A stretch of DNA of 63,378 bases, filler included, from Stramenopiles sp. TOSAG23-3 (Eukaryota), in assembly GCA_900128585.1 (NCBI GenBank). It is 10 parts of 10 records of this genome, joined end to end, with 100 filler letters (N's around TTAATTAATTAA, not from the genome) between each part and the next. Parts side by side here need not be neighbours in the genome. Positions count along the whole stretch, not along the records: positions 28,488 to 37,873 come from LT642925.1; positions 37,974 to 47,344 come from LT642926.1; 8 more parts are not named here. One strand, given 5' to 3'. The position numbers were made by a program, and so were the translations under genes. The notes beneath the pieces were generated by a model, which was not told the DNA's origin, made no database searches, and saw only the letters and a list, made by a program, of their open reading frames with translations. Positions 31,401 through 43,703 of this stretch are shown in pieces; within the stretch, counting starts at the first letter, position 1, and the number at the start of each line of letters is the position of its first letter.

Positions 31401-34400
31401 TGACAATATTTGATGCAGCCGGAGACTTTTTCTGGTGAGCATAGCCCAGCTGCTCCACACAACCCGTTTTCTATTTAATCTATTCCGAGCGGTGAAATTC
31501 AATACCAACCTGAGTGTATGATGGTGAGTTTTTTGACCACGTAGCTTTAGATCGTTGTTATTTTTGATTGCAACAGCGCGCTTGCGCCATTTTGAAAAAC
31601 AAACTCTTTCCCCCTGTATTACGCGGCGGCGTAGCACCATGCCGATTGCCTCTACTTTCTCCTTTTGGAAGCAGTAGTATTTATACCAGCCTCGAAACGA
31701 TAGTAATAGAAGGGCTTTGACTTTGTTGGACTGTCGCGCGGCAAGAATGCGCGCGGATTCCAAACGTAACGTATCCCGAAATCGCATAATTTTACGTTTC
31801 CAAGTGCTGAGAGCATATCGATAGAGCCTGGCCCGAGTTTGGCGAAGAAGCTTCAAAATGCTGACTTTGGCGTTTTGGCTTACGTTCACACGACACCGCC
31901 AGTAAAACCAGACCTTGACGAGCACAAACTTGCGTTTCTTTAGCAGACGGCTTTGGATAAGTCGCTTTGTGTGTAAGTTTCTTTGAGTCTTAGCATACCA
32001 AGCGTTGAAATAGCGGAGGCACATCTTTTCCGAATACCGCCTCACCAGGTGCGTGGAAAGCATGGCAAGTCTGTGGCCTTCTATTTCGTCAAAGCACATG
32101 TTGCTGGTGTGCTTGTCCCATATGCGAAATGCGGTGCTGAAATATTTATAACGGGCTGACAACACCAGAGACCTCAGGCTCTTTTTGCGTCTTCCTTCCA
32201 ACGAACTTAATTTATCGAGTTGTTTCTCTCTCCTCAAGTCTGAGAGCATCTGATCCAGTTCTTCCTTTTCAACCTGGGATTTCTGCTCCATTGCGCCAAC
32301 GACCCATTCTTGCCAGCTTCTGCGCAAATATTTTTGTTTCATGGTTAATATTAGCGCCGTAAGCAATCTTGCTTTGAGTTTGTGCTCATGATGCTTTGCA
32401 GTTGTGCGGCGTTCTTCTTCCAGGCGCTGAATTTCAAGTTCCTGCTCTTCAGCAAGAAACATACATTCGTGCGTTCGATAGTTTACGCACAACTTAAGCC
32501 AGCCATGTCGCAAATACTTAATTTTCATAACAGCCAAAATTGATTTTATAGATCGAAACCGATCACGCTGCAAACGGGCTGAAGCGTGAGATTTTCGTAA
32601 CCAAATACCCCAGGATTTTCTGTACAAGAACATTTGATACTTGGTGAAAGCATTGGCAATTGCCCATCGAAGCTTTCTCCTCCGCTGCAAAAAAGACTTC
32701 CACCGAAAAATTGTAGTTCTCCCAATTTGCGCGCTTGTCTTTTGCAAGTGCCTCTTTAAGATTACGCGAATGCGCACTGTCCTAGACGCGGTTCTTTGCC
32801 ACCTATGAAAGAATGCCCCCTTCTTCTGTTTGCGCAAGCCCAATGCTTTTTCTTGCACGAGCATCAACCGCAATGCGTTGGTTTCAGCGCTGCTGTTGGC
32901 AGCAGCCGATGCTTTCTCCTGCACGAAATGGTTGTATACTTTCTGTTTTTCTTTCTTTATTTGATCTACTTCCTCGCGCCTATCGCGTTTAAAATGCGCC
33001 ATTTCATCGTCTTTACAGTACAAGCACCACTTGTGCCATCCGGCGCGCAAATATTTTTGCTGTAGCGCACTAAGCAGTGGCTTTAGGACAAAGTACCTAG
33101 CATTGAGTATCCCGGTCCACCCGGCTGAAAAATACCGCCATCGTCCAAACGCCTGTCTGTAGCATGAGGTCCGTCGGTGAGTAACCAGGCGGCCCAAAAC
33201 TTGACGATACCGACGACGGCTCGACAGAAAATAGGCCCAGCGGGCCATCGCTTTCATCGACGTTCGTTTGTCGACGGTTACCAAGTGGTTTCGCAGCAGT
33301 AAGTTTCTGCGCGCGGATCGGGACGCGTACCGTTGCCATGAGAAAAAATGCTTCCGTTGGTACCAGCACCTGCTGTGCTTTTCAGCTTGAGATTCCATTA
33401 ACCTGCGGTTCCTTACCAATTCAAGATGGTACTCATAATTTATGAACAGAAAGTACCACTTTTTCCACGCTTTCCTAATCATTCGTAGCCTCAAATGCCC
33501 CAGGATGGTTTCTATGTCCTTTGTGCTCTCTACCATATAATTGTTAAAATCACGCCACGCGATTAGCGCACTGCGCTTCCGACCCTGATCACGCTTTCGA
33601 ACCAGGGACAAGAGAATAGTTAGGGCATGGTTGTTCCTTACTTCACCCCCAACTGCATCGTTGGAAAATTGTTTCCAGGCGCAAAACCGAAGGAAAAGGT
33701 TTCTCTTCTTCAGGCAGGAGAAGACGCGCCGAAACAGTTTGGTGGCCACTCTTTTCTCTTCGACGAGAATTCTCCAATGTCCGAGGAACGCTTTTGATCG
33801 AAGGTGCTGGTACCGTTTTCCGATGGCGGCAACGGCGTTATCGGTGCGCTTTTTTTGTTTGGTGTACAGCACACCCTCCCGCCACCTTCGCAAGGCTTTC
33901 GCTTGCATGATACCGATGGAGGCCTTCGTAACGTGTTTTCTGAGTCGGAAGACCGTCTTCATGTACTTGTTCCCCCGTTTTCTATGAAACGACATCATGT
34001 AATCTTTCAGATGGAGAAAACTTTGGCGGATGCGTTTTCGCACGAATTTTGTTATGACGAGATTCATGTTTTTGAGAACAACTTGGTTTAAAGCCTTTTT
34101 GGCAAACTCAAAATCCTCGATTGCCTTGATGCACTTCAGCTCCAGCGCATTGTCTTTCTTTTGAATGCTCTCGGACAGTGTCATCAGTTGGTCTATGGAG
34201 GCCTGCTTCGTCTTGAGCCTGCCGTTGATAACGGCGTCGTACTTTTGTTTTTCGACCATTAGCGCTCTACTGTGGTTCTCCTCCACACGCTCTAGCTGGG
34301 ATTCCTGTTCTACTTTTAGGGTATGAAGGGTTTCTTCCACCCCGTCTTTGTGGCCTTTTTGAAAAGCCATATCTACTAGCTGCCGGCACTCGGCTTGGAC

Positions 34401-35312
34401 TTGCTTTGCGAACTGGGCTCGATCCGTCTTGATTTTCTCTATCTTTTGCAAATATGAAGCGTTTTGGGACTGAATCATTTCTGTTTCCCGTGTGTGTTTT
34501 CGTTCGTCCCTGAGAACAGTGTCTTTCAGTTTTGAAATGGTTTCGTTGGCCTTGTCGAGCATGGCCAACATGTTCTTTTGCTGGTGTTTCTTCTTCTCCA
34601 GGATCTTCTTCAAAATGACCTGCTCCATGACGACTTCGGGATCGGCTTGCCGCATTTTACCGTTGATGATGATGTTCCGTTCTGGGGCGTTTTCGAGCTC
34701 GTCTGCTTCCTGTCTCACCAGCGCCCGGTCCACTGTATCAGAAAATTCATGGGTCAGCTGCTGGGCAAGCAACCTTTGGTTCTCGGTTTTGTACTCTATT
34801 AGTTCTGCCTCGTATTTGTCCCCCAACCGCTTCAGGGCAAGCTCTTTCTCGACCGTAAGCATTGCCTGGAGTGCGTCCAACTGCTGCTGGTAGAACGACG
34901 GAACGCGTTCGCTTCGTGGTGCATGCCTCCTGATCGAATCTAACGTGAAAGGAGTTCGAATATTGTGCGACGAGGCCAAGGGGCCATTCGGCGTTGGTAA
35001 GAACGAGGTGCTGCGGCCCAGGGACGACGGGGCGTACGGGGAAAATTCCCCTATCGTGCCCCCCTCCCCGATTTCCCTAACTGCAGCGGTTGGCGCCATG
35101 TCTGGGCCCACCGGCACCCGCGGACCCACCGGCACCCTCAGATCTGCACTAGTTTGGTAGATCACTTTCCCAATTGTGCCCCCCGGCAAGGCTTTGACGC
35201 CGTGTTCATTTGTTGAAGCGATGGATGGGGGAGCCAACGCGGCGACTCCCTCAGGCAGTGTGTCGTCCTTGGCACCGTCCACTTGAACTTCTTCTACGGT
35301 CGGTGTGCTCAT
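28488..35312 (-). CDS. Giant Sfi1-repeat (centrin-binding-like) coiled-coil protein, 3'-truncated
   Basis: Dozens of periodic basic (L)xxxFxxW(K/R) repeats. The first ATG is at 35312, and the ORF runs off the contig end. Confidence 0.75.
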
Positions 35313-36283
35313 AGTGTCGCAATCCAAAAGGCTTCTTCAACTATGTATTCGCATATGCACACTCATTGTATTTCAAGGGTCTTGCCTTTGCTTATTCCAT
35401 ATGGGTTTTACGAATTATGTGTTCAAAAATAGTAAAGGCCGACAAACAACTCTTTTGAAGGACTCTTTTTCCGCGCGAATGCACAGGAGCGAGGGATCGA
35501 AAAATAAACAATACGGCGATTTTCCTTCTCTAACACTAGACAGTTGTTTCCACAGCAAACAAATCGTCAGAGAAATATCGATTGGTAGACAACCTTAATA
35601 AATGATTCGTTAAAAGAAATAGAATCTAAACCTTTGTGAGCCCCCCCCCCCATAAGTATAAACATAAAAGTTTTTTATTTTATCAAAATCAAATGTTCAA
35701 ATGAAGAAGAAAGAAGCAAGAAGAAGAGAGAAGAGAAGAAAAAAGAGAGAAGATATTATTAATAATAATAATGAAGAAGATTTGTTTTTTTAATAAAAAA
35801 ATAATAATAATAATATTTTTTTGTTTTGTGTATTTTTTTCTCTTCATCATCATCAACATCTTGTTGTATGTTGTGTACCTGTTTAATAATGTTTTAATAA
35901 AAAAAGAATTATTGAAAAACTAGAGATTAAAATTTAAAAATACAGGTGCAGAGCAAAGGGAACAAAAAAGAAGAAGAAAAAAAGAAGGAGATCGATATAG
36001 TTTCTTCTTTTATCAATGCTCTGTAATATTATAATTAATTAAGGTATTTATCTTCCGTATTCATAGATCTGTTAATTATTATAATTATGACACGTTATAT
36101 ATCGACAACATATTATTCAATTGAGTACACAAAACCTTTACGTTAATAATCATAATTTTTTCTTCTTCCTTCCTTTTCCTTCCTTCATTCCTCCTTCCTT
36201 CCGCTCACTTCGCTTCATTCTTCTTTTCTTCTTCAATAATCGTAGTCTCCTTTACATCCGTTGTGTTGTTTGTTTTTTGATTA

Positions 36284-36967
36284 TTAGGCCACGGTCAAAT
36301 CGTCATTATAATACAAGTGAAGGACTGGTACGTAAAACCCAGTTTCAATTCTCAACCGTTTAAATTCTTCAGATTCGTCGTTGACTTTGTTCTCTTCCAA
36401 CGTTTTTTCCATATCTAAAGGCCGGAACTCGCCGTTGTCAAGGGCTTTCCAGGTGTAACTACTAGCGTGCCCATTGTAGTCCAAGTACCGGTCTAGAATT
36501 TGGGACAGGGTCTCCTCCGTACAGACTTCCAATATGACCTCTTGCTTGCTTAACGTGTTTACTATCCTGATATCTTTCGTCTTTTGCGACAATTTTCCAA
36601 TGCAAAGGTCTGGGTTCCTCCACCACGGGGTTCCGAAATCTGTCCTCCAATCCGCCACCGGCTCTGCGGGGGGGATGTGAATGAATCTACCATGGGGGCA
36701 ATAGGGAAGCTCCAAACTCGTCTTCTCATCTAAGTACGTCTTGACGTTCCCAGTGTTTTCGTCGAACCAATGCGAGATGTCCTCGCCTGCAAAACGTATG
36801 ATGGGCTGGGCCAACGGGCCCTTGCGAGACGCCAAGAAATCGCTCAGGTTGTACACTTTCCCAAATATGGAGACCCAGCAATCCTCCGAGCAGTTGTGCA
36901 ACGACACCTCCGCCGGCGTGTAAAACTCGCGCGTTTGGCCAATTACTAACTTGTCCTCACCGCTCAT
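36284..36967 (-). CDS. CYB5D1: Cytochrome b5 domain-containing protein 1 (axonemal)
   Basis: It shows FYTPAEVSLHN..DCWVSIFGKVY, AGEDISHWFD, PHGRFIH, PWW, YNGHASSYTWK and the C-terminal LYYNDDLT. Confidence 0.92.
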   Translation of the reverse strand: MSGEDKLVIGQTREFYTPAEVSLHNCSEDCWVSIFGKVYNLSDFLASRKGPLAQPIIRFAGEDISHWFDENTGNVKTYLDEKTSLELPYCPHGRFIHIPPAEPVADWRTDFGTPWWRNPDLCIGKLSQKTKDIRIVNTLSKQEVILEVCTEETLSQILDRYLDYNGHASSYTWKALDNGEFRPLDMEKTLEENKVNDESEEFKRLRIETGFYVPVLHLYYNDDLTVA

Positions 36968-37827
36968 GCTCCTTCTTTCTGTTCGGTTCGTACTACCTTT
37001 CCTAAAAGAGGGTTTTGAAAATGATTTCTTGTGCGTAATTAAAGAGCAGTTATTTTAAGAGTCTGTTCGTAATTTGTTACCTTTTATACCTTCCTTCCAA
37101 AGATATTCCTTCTCTTTAGCAATCCTTGCACCACCACTTTAGTTGTTTACTTTTCTTTACAAACAACGAAACAACCACCAAAAATAGTAATAAAATAATT
37201 AGAACAATTTTTTTTTTAATAATAATAATAAAATGATGTTTTTGTCCATTGTGTGCTGTTGTTGTTGTTTGTTTTTTAGTTTTGTTTGTTATTTCCAAAT
37301 AATGTTATTTTTATTATAATATAGTTAGTAGTATAATTATTGTATTTCTATATATAAAAAAAAACAATTAATTAATCAATGCCCCCTTACTATATACCTT
37401 CTAATTGTAAGAAGAAGAATGAGAAGAAAAAATAAAACTTAGATGCACACACCATTGAAAAAAATGAAGAATGAAACAACCGATAACCGATATTACAAGT
37501 ACACAGTATTATACCATAATAATAATACAAAAGAAAACTAAACTAAAAGAGAAAAGAAAAGAAAAAGAAAAAAAGAAAAAAAGAAAAAAAAATGAAAAGA
37601 AAGAAAAAAAAGATAAAACGGTTTCAAGAAGAGGAAACATAAACATAAACATACCATACAATTAGAGTTTTTATTAGGTTAATAAATCCCCGAATATATA
37701 TAACTAAGCACAACAGAAGGCAACGTTCGAAAAAACCCCAAATTTCGAAGAGTTGGAGATTAAGTTCTCTCTTGTCTCTTGTTCTTCTTTCTTTTTATAA
37801 TTTAAATTGATGATGCTATCTTCTTTT

Positions 37828-37871
<44 letters not shown>

Positions 37872-38672
37872 TCNNNNNNNNNNNNNNNNNNNNNNNNNNN
37901 NNNNNNNNNNNNNNNNNTTAATTAATTAANNNNNNNNNNNNNNNNNNNNNNNNNNNNNNNNNNNNNNNNNNNNTTTTTTTTCGTTTTTATTATTATAACA
38001 TAAACACAGCATTATCTTGCGACGTTCATAGATAAATTATTATCTCATTTATTATTAAGTACAATAATATAATATTACAATATAATCACACCATAGAAAT
38101 CCCATCTCAAATCGTTAAAAAAAAAAAAGTTGTTGTCGTCTAAAAAAAAAAAGTAAAATAGGCCGGATAAAAATATAAAAAAATAATAGTATAATCACAC
38201 CATAGAAATCCCATCGAGTTCCACGCACAAATAAATGAACAAAAAAGAAGAAGAAGGAAGAAGTTTCTTTTTTTTTCTTCGAAAGTATTGCCTTATTTGT
38301 ATTATTCCATGGTATTACTTTACCTGTTGGCCGCGCGTCGTGCGTATACTATTTCCCTACAAATACTGGAAAGAAGCGCTTGAATATTTCCCCATCGTGT
38401 CGTTCTTCTTTGCTTGTTCTTTTGTTGTTGCTGTAGTATGGTTGTTTTTTTAAATTTACTACTTCATGTTTGTTCCTTTCTTATCTATTTATATACTTAA
38501 AAGACTTTTCAAACTAAAACGAAGAAGAAGAAAAAAGAAAACCAAATTGATACATTGAAAAAATATTTATGAATATTCAGTAAATAAACGATTTATTAAT
38601 CTTTATTTACTTTGACGACAATTCAAAACCAGACGAAACATTTGCAAAGTTATAAAAGCGTAAGAGGCTTAA

Positions 38673-40706
38673 ATGGAATCAGCGAAGAACGAACCGCAGA
38701 TGCCAAAGGCAGTGGCAGGGGCAGTAGGGAAGGCAAAGGAATCGTCTGCAGGAGGCTCCGACAATGGGTGGGTGCGAGGATGGTTCAGCAACTCTCCGTC
38801 ACAAACGAAGTCGGACGTGTTCGAAAGTTCGGGGATTCCGGTCACGGTATCCATTCCTGATGGAAAGGGAAGTTACGCCAGCGTTGAAGAAGCTCTGGCA
38901 ATCCCGCAAAAATTTCGACCCGATGTTAACTCACTGGGAAGAGCAGTGAAAGACGGGAACGAACGTTTTCCCAGCGGGAGGGAAGGCAGCTCTGCCTCTC
39001 CTATTGCCACTGCCTTACCACTGACAAACGGAAATACGACAAAGGACGAACCAGCCTCGGAGACGAGGGAACCCTCGAAAGTGTTTACAAATTCGGAGTA
39101 CATAAACAGGCGCCTGAACATATTGGTTGCAGGCGCCTCCGGCCTTGGAAAAACAACCCTTCTTCGCGCCGTTGTCCAGGCGCTTTGCCGACAGTACGGA
39201 TGCATGGAGGAGTGGGAAAATTTTCTGCGGCGTTGTGGGAAAGATGTGGTGAAAACAACAGGCCAGAAACCAGAGGAGATCGCTCGTCTGGTTTTCCCGT
39301 GGTCCAATGATACAAAGTTGATAGTCACGATCATCGACTCTCGGGGCTTTGGGGATCAATTAGATGAGCGTAAATCATTTGAGCCCATCCAACAGTTCAT
39401 CAAGCAGATGTACGATTCGTACTCGCAAAAGTACGATACCGGAAAGGTCTCACCGTTGGACGACCCGCGTGTTCATTGCTGCCTTTACTTTCTGCAACCA
39501 ACAAGGTTTAGGGAGAACGATGCCGTCCATATGAAGGCGCTGGAAGGCTTTGTGCCAATTGTACCGATCATAGCGAAGGCCGACACACTCACCATCGACG
39601 AGATCAATGAGTTTTTACTTAGGGGGTACTGCACCCCGGAACAGGTGAGGGAGATCAAACTGAACGGCGAGCGTGGAGTTCCATTGGAGGCTGGTGGTAA
39701 CCTTTCCACAACCGGAACCCCCGGCTCGGCAAGTAGCGACCCGGACCTGCAAGAGCACGACACCGAAGCGCTGGGCGTCTTGGCAAGCATCCAAAAAACC
39801 AACATAGACATTTTCCGGCTGGAAAACAACGCTTCCCCGTCCTTCAAAATCAAGTGCTTACAGGGCCCCAAGGGGTTCAAAGTCACTGTTCAAGACGTGT
39901 ACTCGATCGTAGCTCGTGACAAATTCCTGCCAAACGGCGATCCTGAACCAAGGCCGTACCCATGGGGTGACTGTTCGATACAGAAAGACTACCACTCAGA
40001 CTTCTCTCGCCTGGAAGCGATGCTTTTTCGAGGCCGAAACATGGGAATGAAGCGGTTGATCGAAGAGACCGAAAATCGCTATTTTGTGTGGCGTTCCGAA
40101 AAAAAACGGCAAGAGGCAGAACGCGACCCGGTGAAAAGAAACAACAGAAGGTGGGTATACAGCATTGCTGCTTTCTTCCTTCTGCTCATCATGGTATACG
40201 TCGGACCGTTCTTTGAGATTGCCGGTGAACCTTCTATTCCACTTGAGAACAATCACACGGCTCGAAGCCCAGGCTGTGCTCGCAAGGAGTGCTCCAAGCA
40301 TGTACTTGCCGCCGATGCCAGAATCGAGAAGTTGCTGATTGAGGTGAAAAGTTTGGAAGCAATGAACCAGAAATTGACAGAGAAAGGTCTGAGGGACGAG
40401 AAGACGTACAAGCAGCGTATTCTTAAACTGGACCGGGATGCAGGGGCAAACACCAAACGGGAAACTGATTTGAAAGCGACAAACAAGCAGTTGAAGGAGA
40501 AAATCTTGAGCGACCAGAAGAACTACAAACAGCACATTTACAAACTGGAGCTGCAAACTGGAGCAAGCATCAAGCGAGAAACTGAAGCAATTCGGAAGAA
40601 GTTGGCGAGGTGCCGAGAGGGCAAGCCGGAAGAAAGTCTCTACTGGATCTACGAGTGGATGTTTACTAAGCTCGAATCCCTTCGGATCCGCCCTGGTGAG
40701 CTGTGA
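38673..40706 (+). CDS. Septin with a C-terminal transmembrane helix and coiled coil
   Basis: Septin motifs are GASGLGKTT, DSRGFGD, DPRVHCCLYFL, PIIAKADTLT, RPYPWG and HSDF. The TM helix is WVYSIAAFFLLLIMVYVGPFF. Confidence 0.9.
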   Translation: MESAKNEPQMPKAVAGAVGKAKESSAGGSDNGWVRGWFSNSPSQTKSDVFESSGIPVTVSIPDGKGSYASVEEALAIPQKFRPDVNSLGRAVKDGNERFPSGREGSSASPIATALPLTNGNTTKDEPASETREPSKVFTNSEYINRRLNILVAGASGLGKTTLLRAVVQALCRQYGCMEEWENFLRRCGKDVVKTTGQKPEEIARLVFPWSNDTKLIVTIIDSRGFGDQLDERKSFEPIQQFIKQMYDSYSQKYDTGKVSPLDDPRVHCCLYFLQPTRFRENDAVHMKALEGFVPIVPIIAKADTLTIDEINEFLLRGYCTPEQVREIKLNGERGVPLEAGGNLSTTGTPGSASSDPDLQEHDTEALGVLASIQKTNIDIFRLENNASPSFKIKCLQGPKGFKVTVQDVYSIVARDKFLPNGDPEPRPYPWGDCSIQKDYHSDFSRLEAMLFRGRNMGMKRLIEETENRYFVWRSEKKRQEAERDPVKRNNRRWVYSIAAFFLLLIMVYVGPFFEIAGEPSIPLENNHTARSPGCARKECSKHVLAADARIEKLLIEVKSLEAMNQKLTEKGLRDEKTYKQRILKLDRDAGANTKRETDLKATNKQLKEKILSDQKNYKQHIYKLELQTGASIKRETEAIRKKLARCREGKPEESLYWIYEWMFTKLESLRIRPGEL

Positions 40707-40989
40707 GGGGAACGGAAAAGTGAAGAACTGCTGAACGCACTCCGGTGTGTTGAACATAACCCCGTAATAATTTTATCAGGGGGACAGTGAACAAGTTTCT
40801 CTTTCGGAAATATTTTTTCACGATTTCAAAATAAAAAAAGAGAACAAACTTTACAGAGTACATTTTAAAAAAATGTTGATTAACTAAATGGTCTGCGCAT
40901 CCTACACGGTGCTCACTCGGCAACCTCTCCCCATTCCTCGTGGCAACCAATACCCTCCCACGCGCCTGCTAATTTCAAGTTATTTTTTT

Positions 40990-41757
40990 TTAGTAGTCCG
41001 CGGCGCCTGGGGCTACGATGACGGTGTTGGTGGTTTTCCCGGCGTCTTCGCCTTCCTCTTCCTCTTCCTCCTCTTCCTCTGGTTCGTTTCCGTTTAATTT
41101 GGCAACTGGCTTTCCTTCTACGAGCAAATCAAGTTGGCCTTCAAGTTGGGCCATTGGGGATCCACCGCGAGAAAACTGTTCACGCCATTGGATGACTCCT
41201 TGGGCGTCAACAACGTAGCACATACCAACTGGAAGACTCATGATCTGGGAAAGCTTTTGGAACGTGTCCCCAAGGGCACGTTCTGGGTCGTACGCAAGAG
41301 GGTAGGCGGCGCAGGTGGTGATACCTTTTTCGCCTAATTCGCGAAGAAAAGATCCAAGGCGGGAGATAAATTTGTCGCAGTCAGCTTCCTTGATATCGCG
41401 GGATACACCAACAAATTGCACGCCTTTGTCTGCGTACTTGCGTTGAAGGAAGTTCCACGCGTTCAAAGTGGTGTAGTCACCTTTGGCGAACTTTGCCCAG
41501 AAGCCTACAACGGTGATGGGTTTGTCCCCGTAGTTGTATGGACCGTCCTTCTTCCACTTTAAGTTTTCCAAAGATGGTGCTTTTGCTCCTAGGGCAGCGT
41601 CATCGTCCCAGATGGTGTACTTAGATTTGTCCAATCGCGCGGCGCCGGTGCCGGCAGCTTTGTACGTCTTGGCATCCTCCTCGATTTGCTTGTTGCGCTT
41701 CATCTCGGCCCTTTGTTCCTCGGTGGGGACGTTGGCGTCTACTGCTACACTGGACAT
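40990..41757 (-). CDS. Thioredoxin-fold (TlpA/redoxin-like) protein lacking CxxC
   Basis: It shows GAKAPSL, ITVVGFWA, LQRKYADKGVQFVGVS, YPLAYD and YVVDAQGVI. The active-site position reads WAKFAKGD. Confidence 0.75.
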   Translation of the reverse strand: MSSVAVDANVPTEEQRAEMKRNKQIEEDAKTYKAAGTGAARLDKSKYTIWDDDAALGAKAPSLENLKWKKDGPYNYGDKPITVVGFWAKFAKGDYTTLNAWNFLQRKYADKGVQFVGVSRDIKEADCDKFISRLGSFLRELGEKGITTCAAYPLAYDPERALGDTFQKLSQIMSLPVGMCYVVDAQGVIQWREQFSRGGSPMAQLEGQLDLLVEGKPVAKLNGNEPEEEEEEEEEGEDAGKTTNTVIVAPGAADY

Positions 41758-43139
41758 ATTATTTTGTTGGGTTGGTGGGTTATTGAATGGTTTGGTTGGT
41801 GAATGAAGTTGTTAAATTTCTAATTTAAATAGAAGATTGTAGGCAACATTTCCTCCTCTATTTATTTTTGTTATACAAATCATGTATACATAAGTTCCCA
41901 GATAGAAACATGTCGTCGAAAACGTAAAGGGTACTTACTCAAAAATACATGGTAGTACCGGTGGTAGTAGCATGGTGCCAAGGGTATTTGATTATTTTCA
42001 TGGTTAAAATATAACCACAACCTCCTCTGCTATTATTTATCATTATTAAAAAAAAGAAAAAAAGTCTTCTTCTGCTTTTAATTCCATCATCTTCTAATAA
42101 TAATACCTCCTACTCTATATTTATAATTTAATAAGTGTACTATTTAATACAGTATAATAACTAATTAGTTATATAATAATATGATAGTAGAACTGAAGAG
42201 CATCCTTGAAAATGAAAAAAAATAATAAAAATATAATAATCAGCGAAAACAAAACAAAAATGGATGGTCAGAATTTCAGAAAAATTAAGTATAATTTATT
42301 TATATTGTAATTGATAAAATATTGCTATAAAATGAAGGTTCAGAATTTCATTACAAAAGTATATTAAAAAAGTATAATACATTATACTGTAATATTAATA
42401 TTATGTATACACTAAAAATGTTTTATGTATTCTCTATTTTAATACTATATAATATTAATTATATATTTAACATTAAAATTGAAGTTGACCGTCCGTCCCT
42501 GCCCGTCTCGTCTTCTCCTTGGAGAGAAGACCAAATGATCAACGATTAAGGATATATATATATAAATAATATATGTGCTGTGTATATATAAATAGGTATA
42601 TTTTTTATCATTTGTTTAGTTCTATTTAGTTATTATGAATATAATTTATAATAAATCATTTAAATCTCTAGATCTACAATGACTTTATTATTCTGAAATG
42701 TCTCCAACCGTTATTCCTATATATACATATCCTTAATTTTTAGGTGGCTGATCTGACCTTTCCAGCCCTATACTATATAGAAGAATGAATAGAGGAGAAG
42801 AAGAGAGAGCCTTATTTTTATTAAGTTTGTGTATAGGAATAATGGAGTTTCTTCTGTCTTCTTGCTGTAAATTATTTAATTGTACTTAACTATTTCGATG
42901 GTTAATGAAAGGGAATTGCAAAATGATATGATATGAATGAAGTCAATCTGCTGGCGTGGGGAAAGAAGATTTTCGATTGAAACGGGAAAACGTTAAACGG
43001 GTTGAATTATTTTCATTTGTACGTTTTTCTTGGGTTTGTGTCTCACTTACTCTGTCCTTGTGCGGTCCGATAACAGTTGTGTTTTCTCCTCTCCGGGTTG
43101 GCTAAGCGGACGTTTTGTAGTTTTCAGAAATATAGTGCC

Positions 43140-43550
43140 ATGGTACGGTTCAAATTGAAATGGCAACAGGGCAAACTGTTTCAGATAACAAAGAATATGG
43201 TAGAGCACGGGAATATTAAGAAGCCTCTGTGGATGGAGGCTGCGGAGAGAGTGCCCCCGTTGCAGAGACCTGCGGCCCGGCCGAGGCGTGTTATTAGGTT
43301 TCCTTACGACTATTTGGCAGTGGACTTTGAAAAGCGGTTTCCAGAACGAGCGGCAGATGCGGAGCGAGTCGCCATGGGCCAGTACGATTTGATGAAAAAC
43401 CACGGGTTTAGGCAGCACGAAGCCCTCGAAAAAGTTCTGCAGCGCCCGGGCCAGTCGTTTGACGGGAAAAATTGGCTTACGGGAACGGAGTCCATCAAAC
43501 TAGACAAGCTCAGGAACGCGTCGGACGTGCTCGATGCGCTCAAGAAGTAA
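43140..43550 (+). CDS. Mitochondrial ribosomal small-subunit protein mS23-like
   Basis: The pattern KPLWMEAAERVPP...IRFPYDYL...FP...QYDLM..G...EA is typical of mS23. The first ATG is at 43140. Confidence 0.65.
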   Translation: MVRFKLKWQQGKLFQITKNMVEHGNIKKPLWMEAAERVPPLQRPAARPRRVIRFPYDYLAVDFEKRFPERAADAERVAMGQYDLMKNHGFRQHEALEKVLQRPGQSFDGKNWLTGTESIKLDKLRNASDVLDALKK

Positions 43551-43703
43551 GAATAGGCGGGATGATGGGGACAGATCCCAGCAGCAGGGGAGAGAGAGAA
43601 ATTTTTTTTGGTGTGGCAATAATTAGTATGGGTACTAGGGTTTTTTAATTTATCATCTGACTAATCTGCACTATGAATCTGACGGATTGGGGACGGGGTT
43701 CGG

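Noticed and set aside
38081-38215. 26-bp direct repeat tataatcacaccatagaaatcccatc (38081 and 38190)
   Set aside because: There are only two copies, in low-complexity intergenic DNA, with no further structure.
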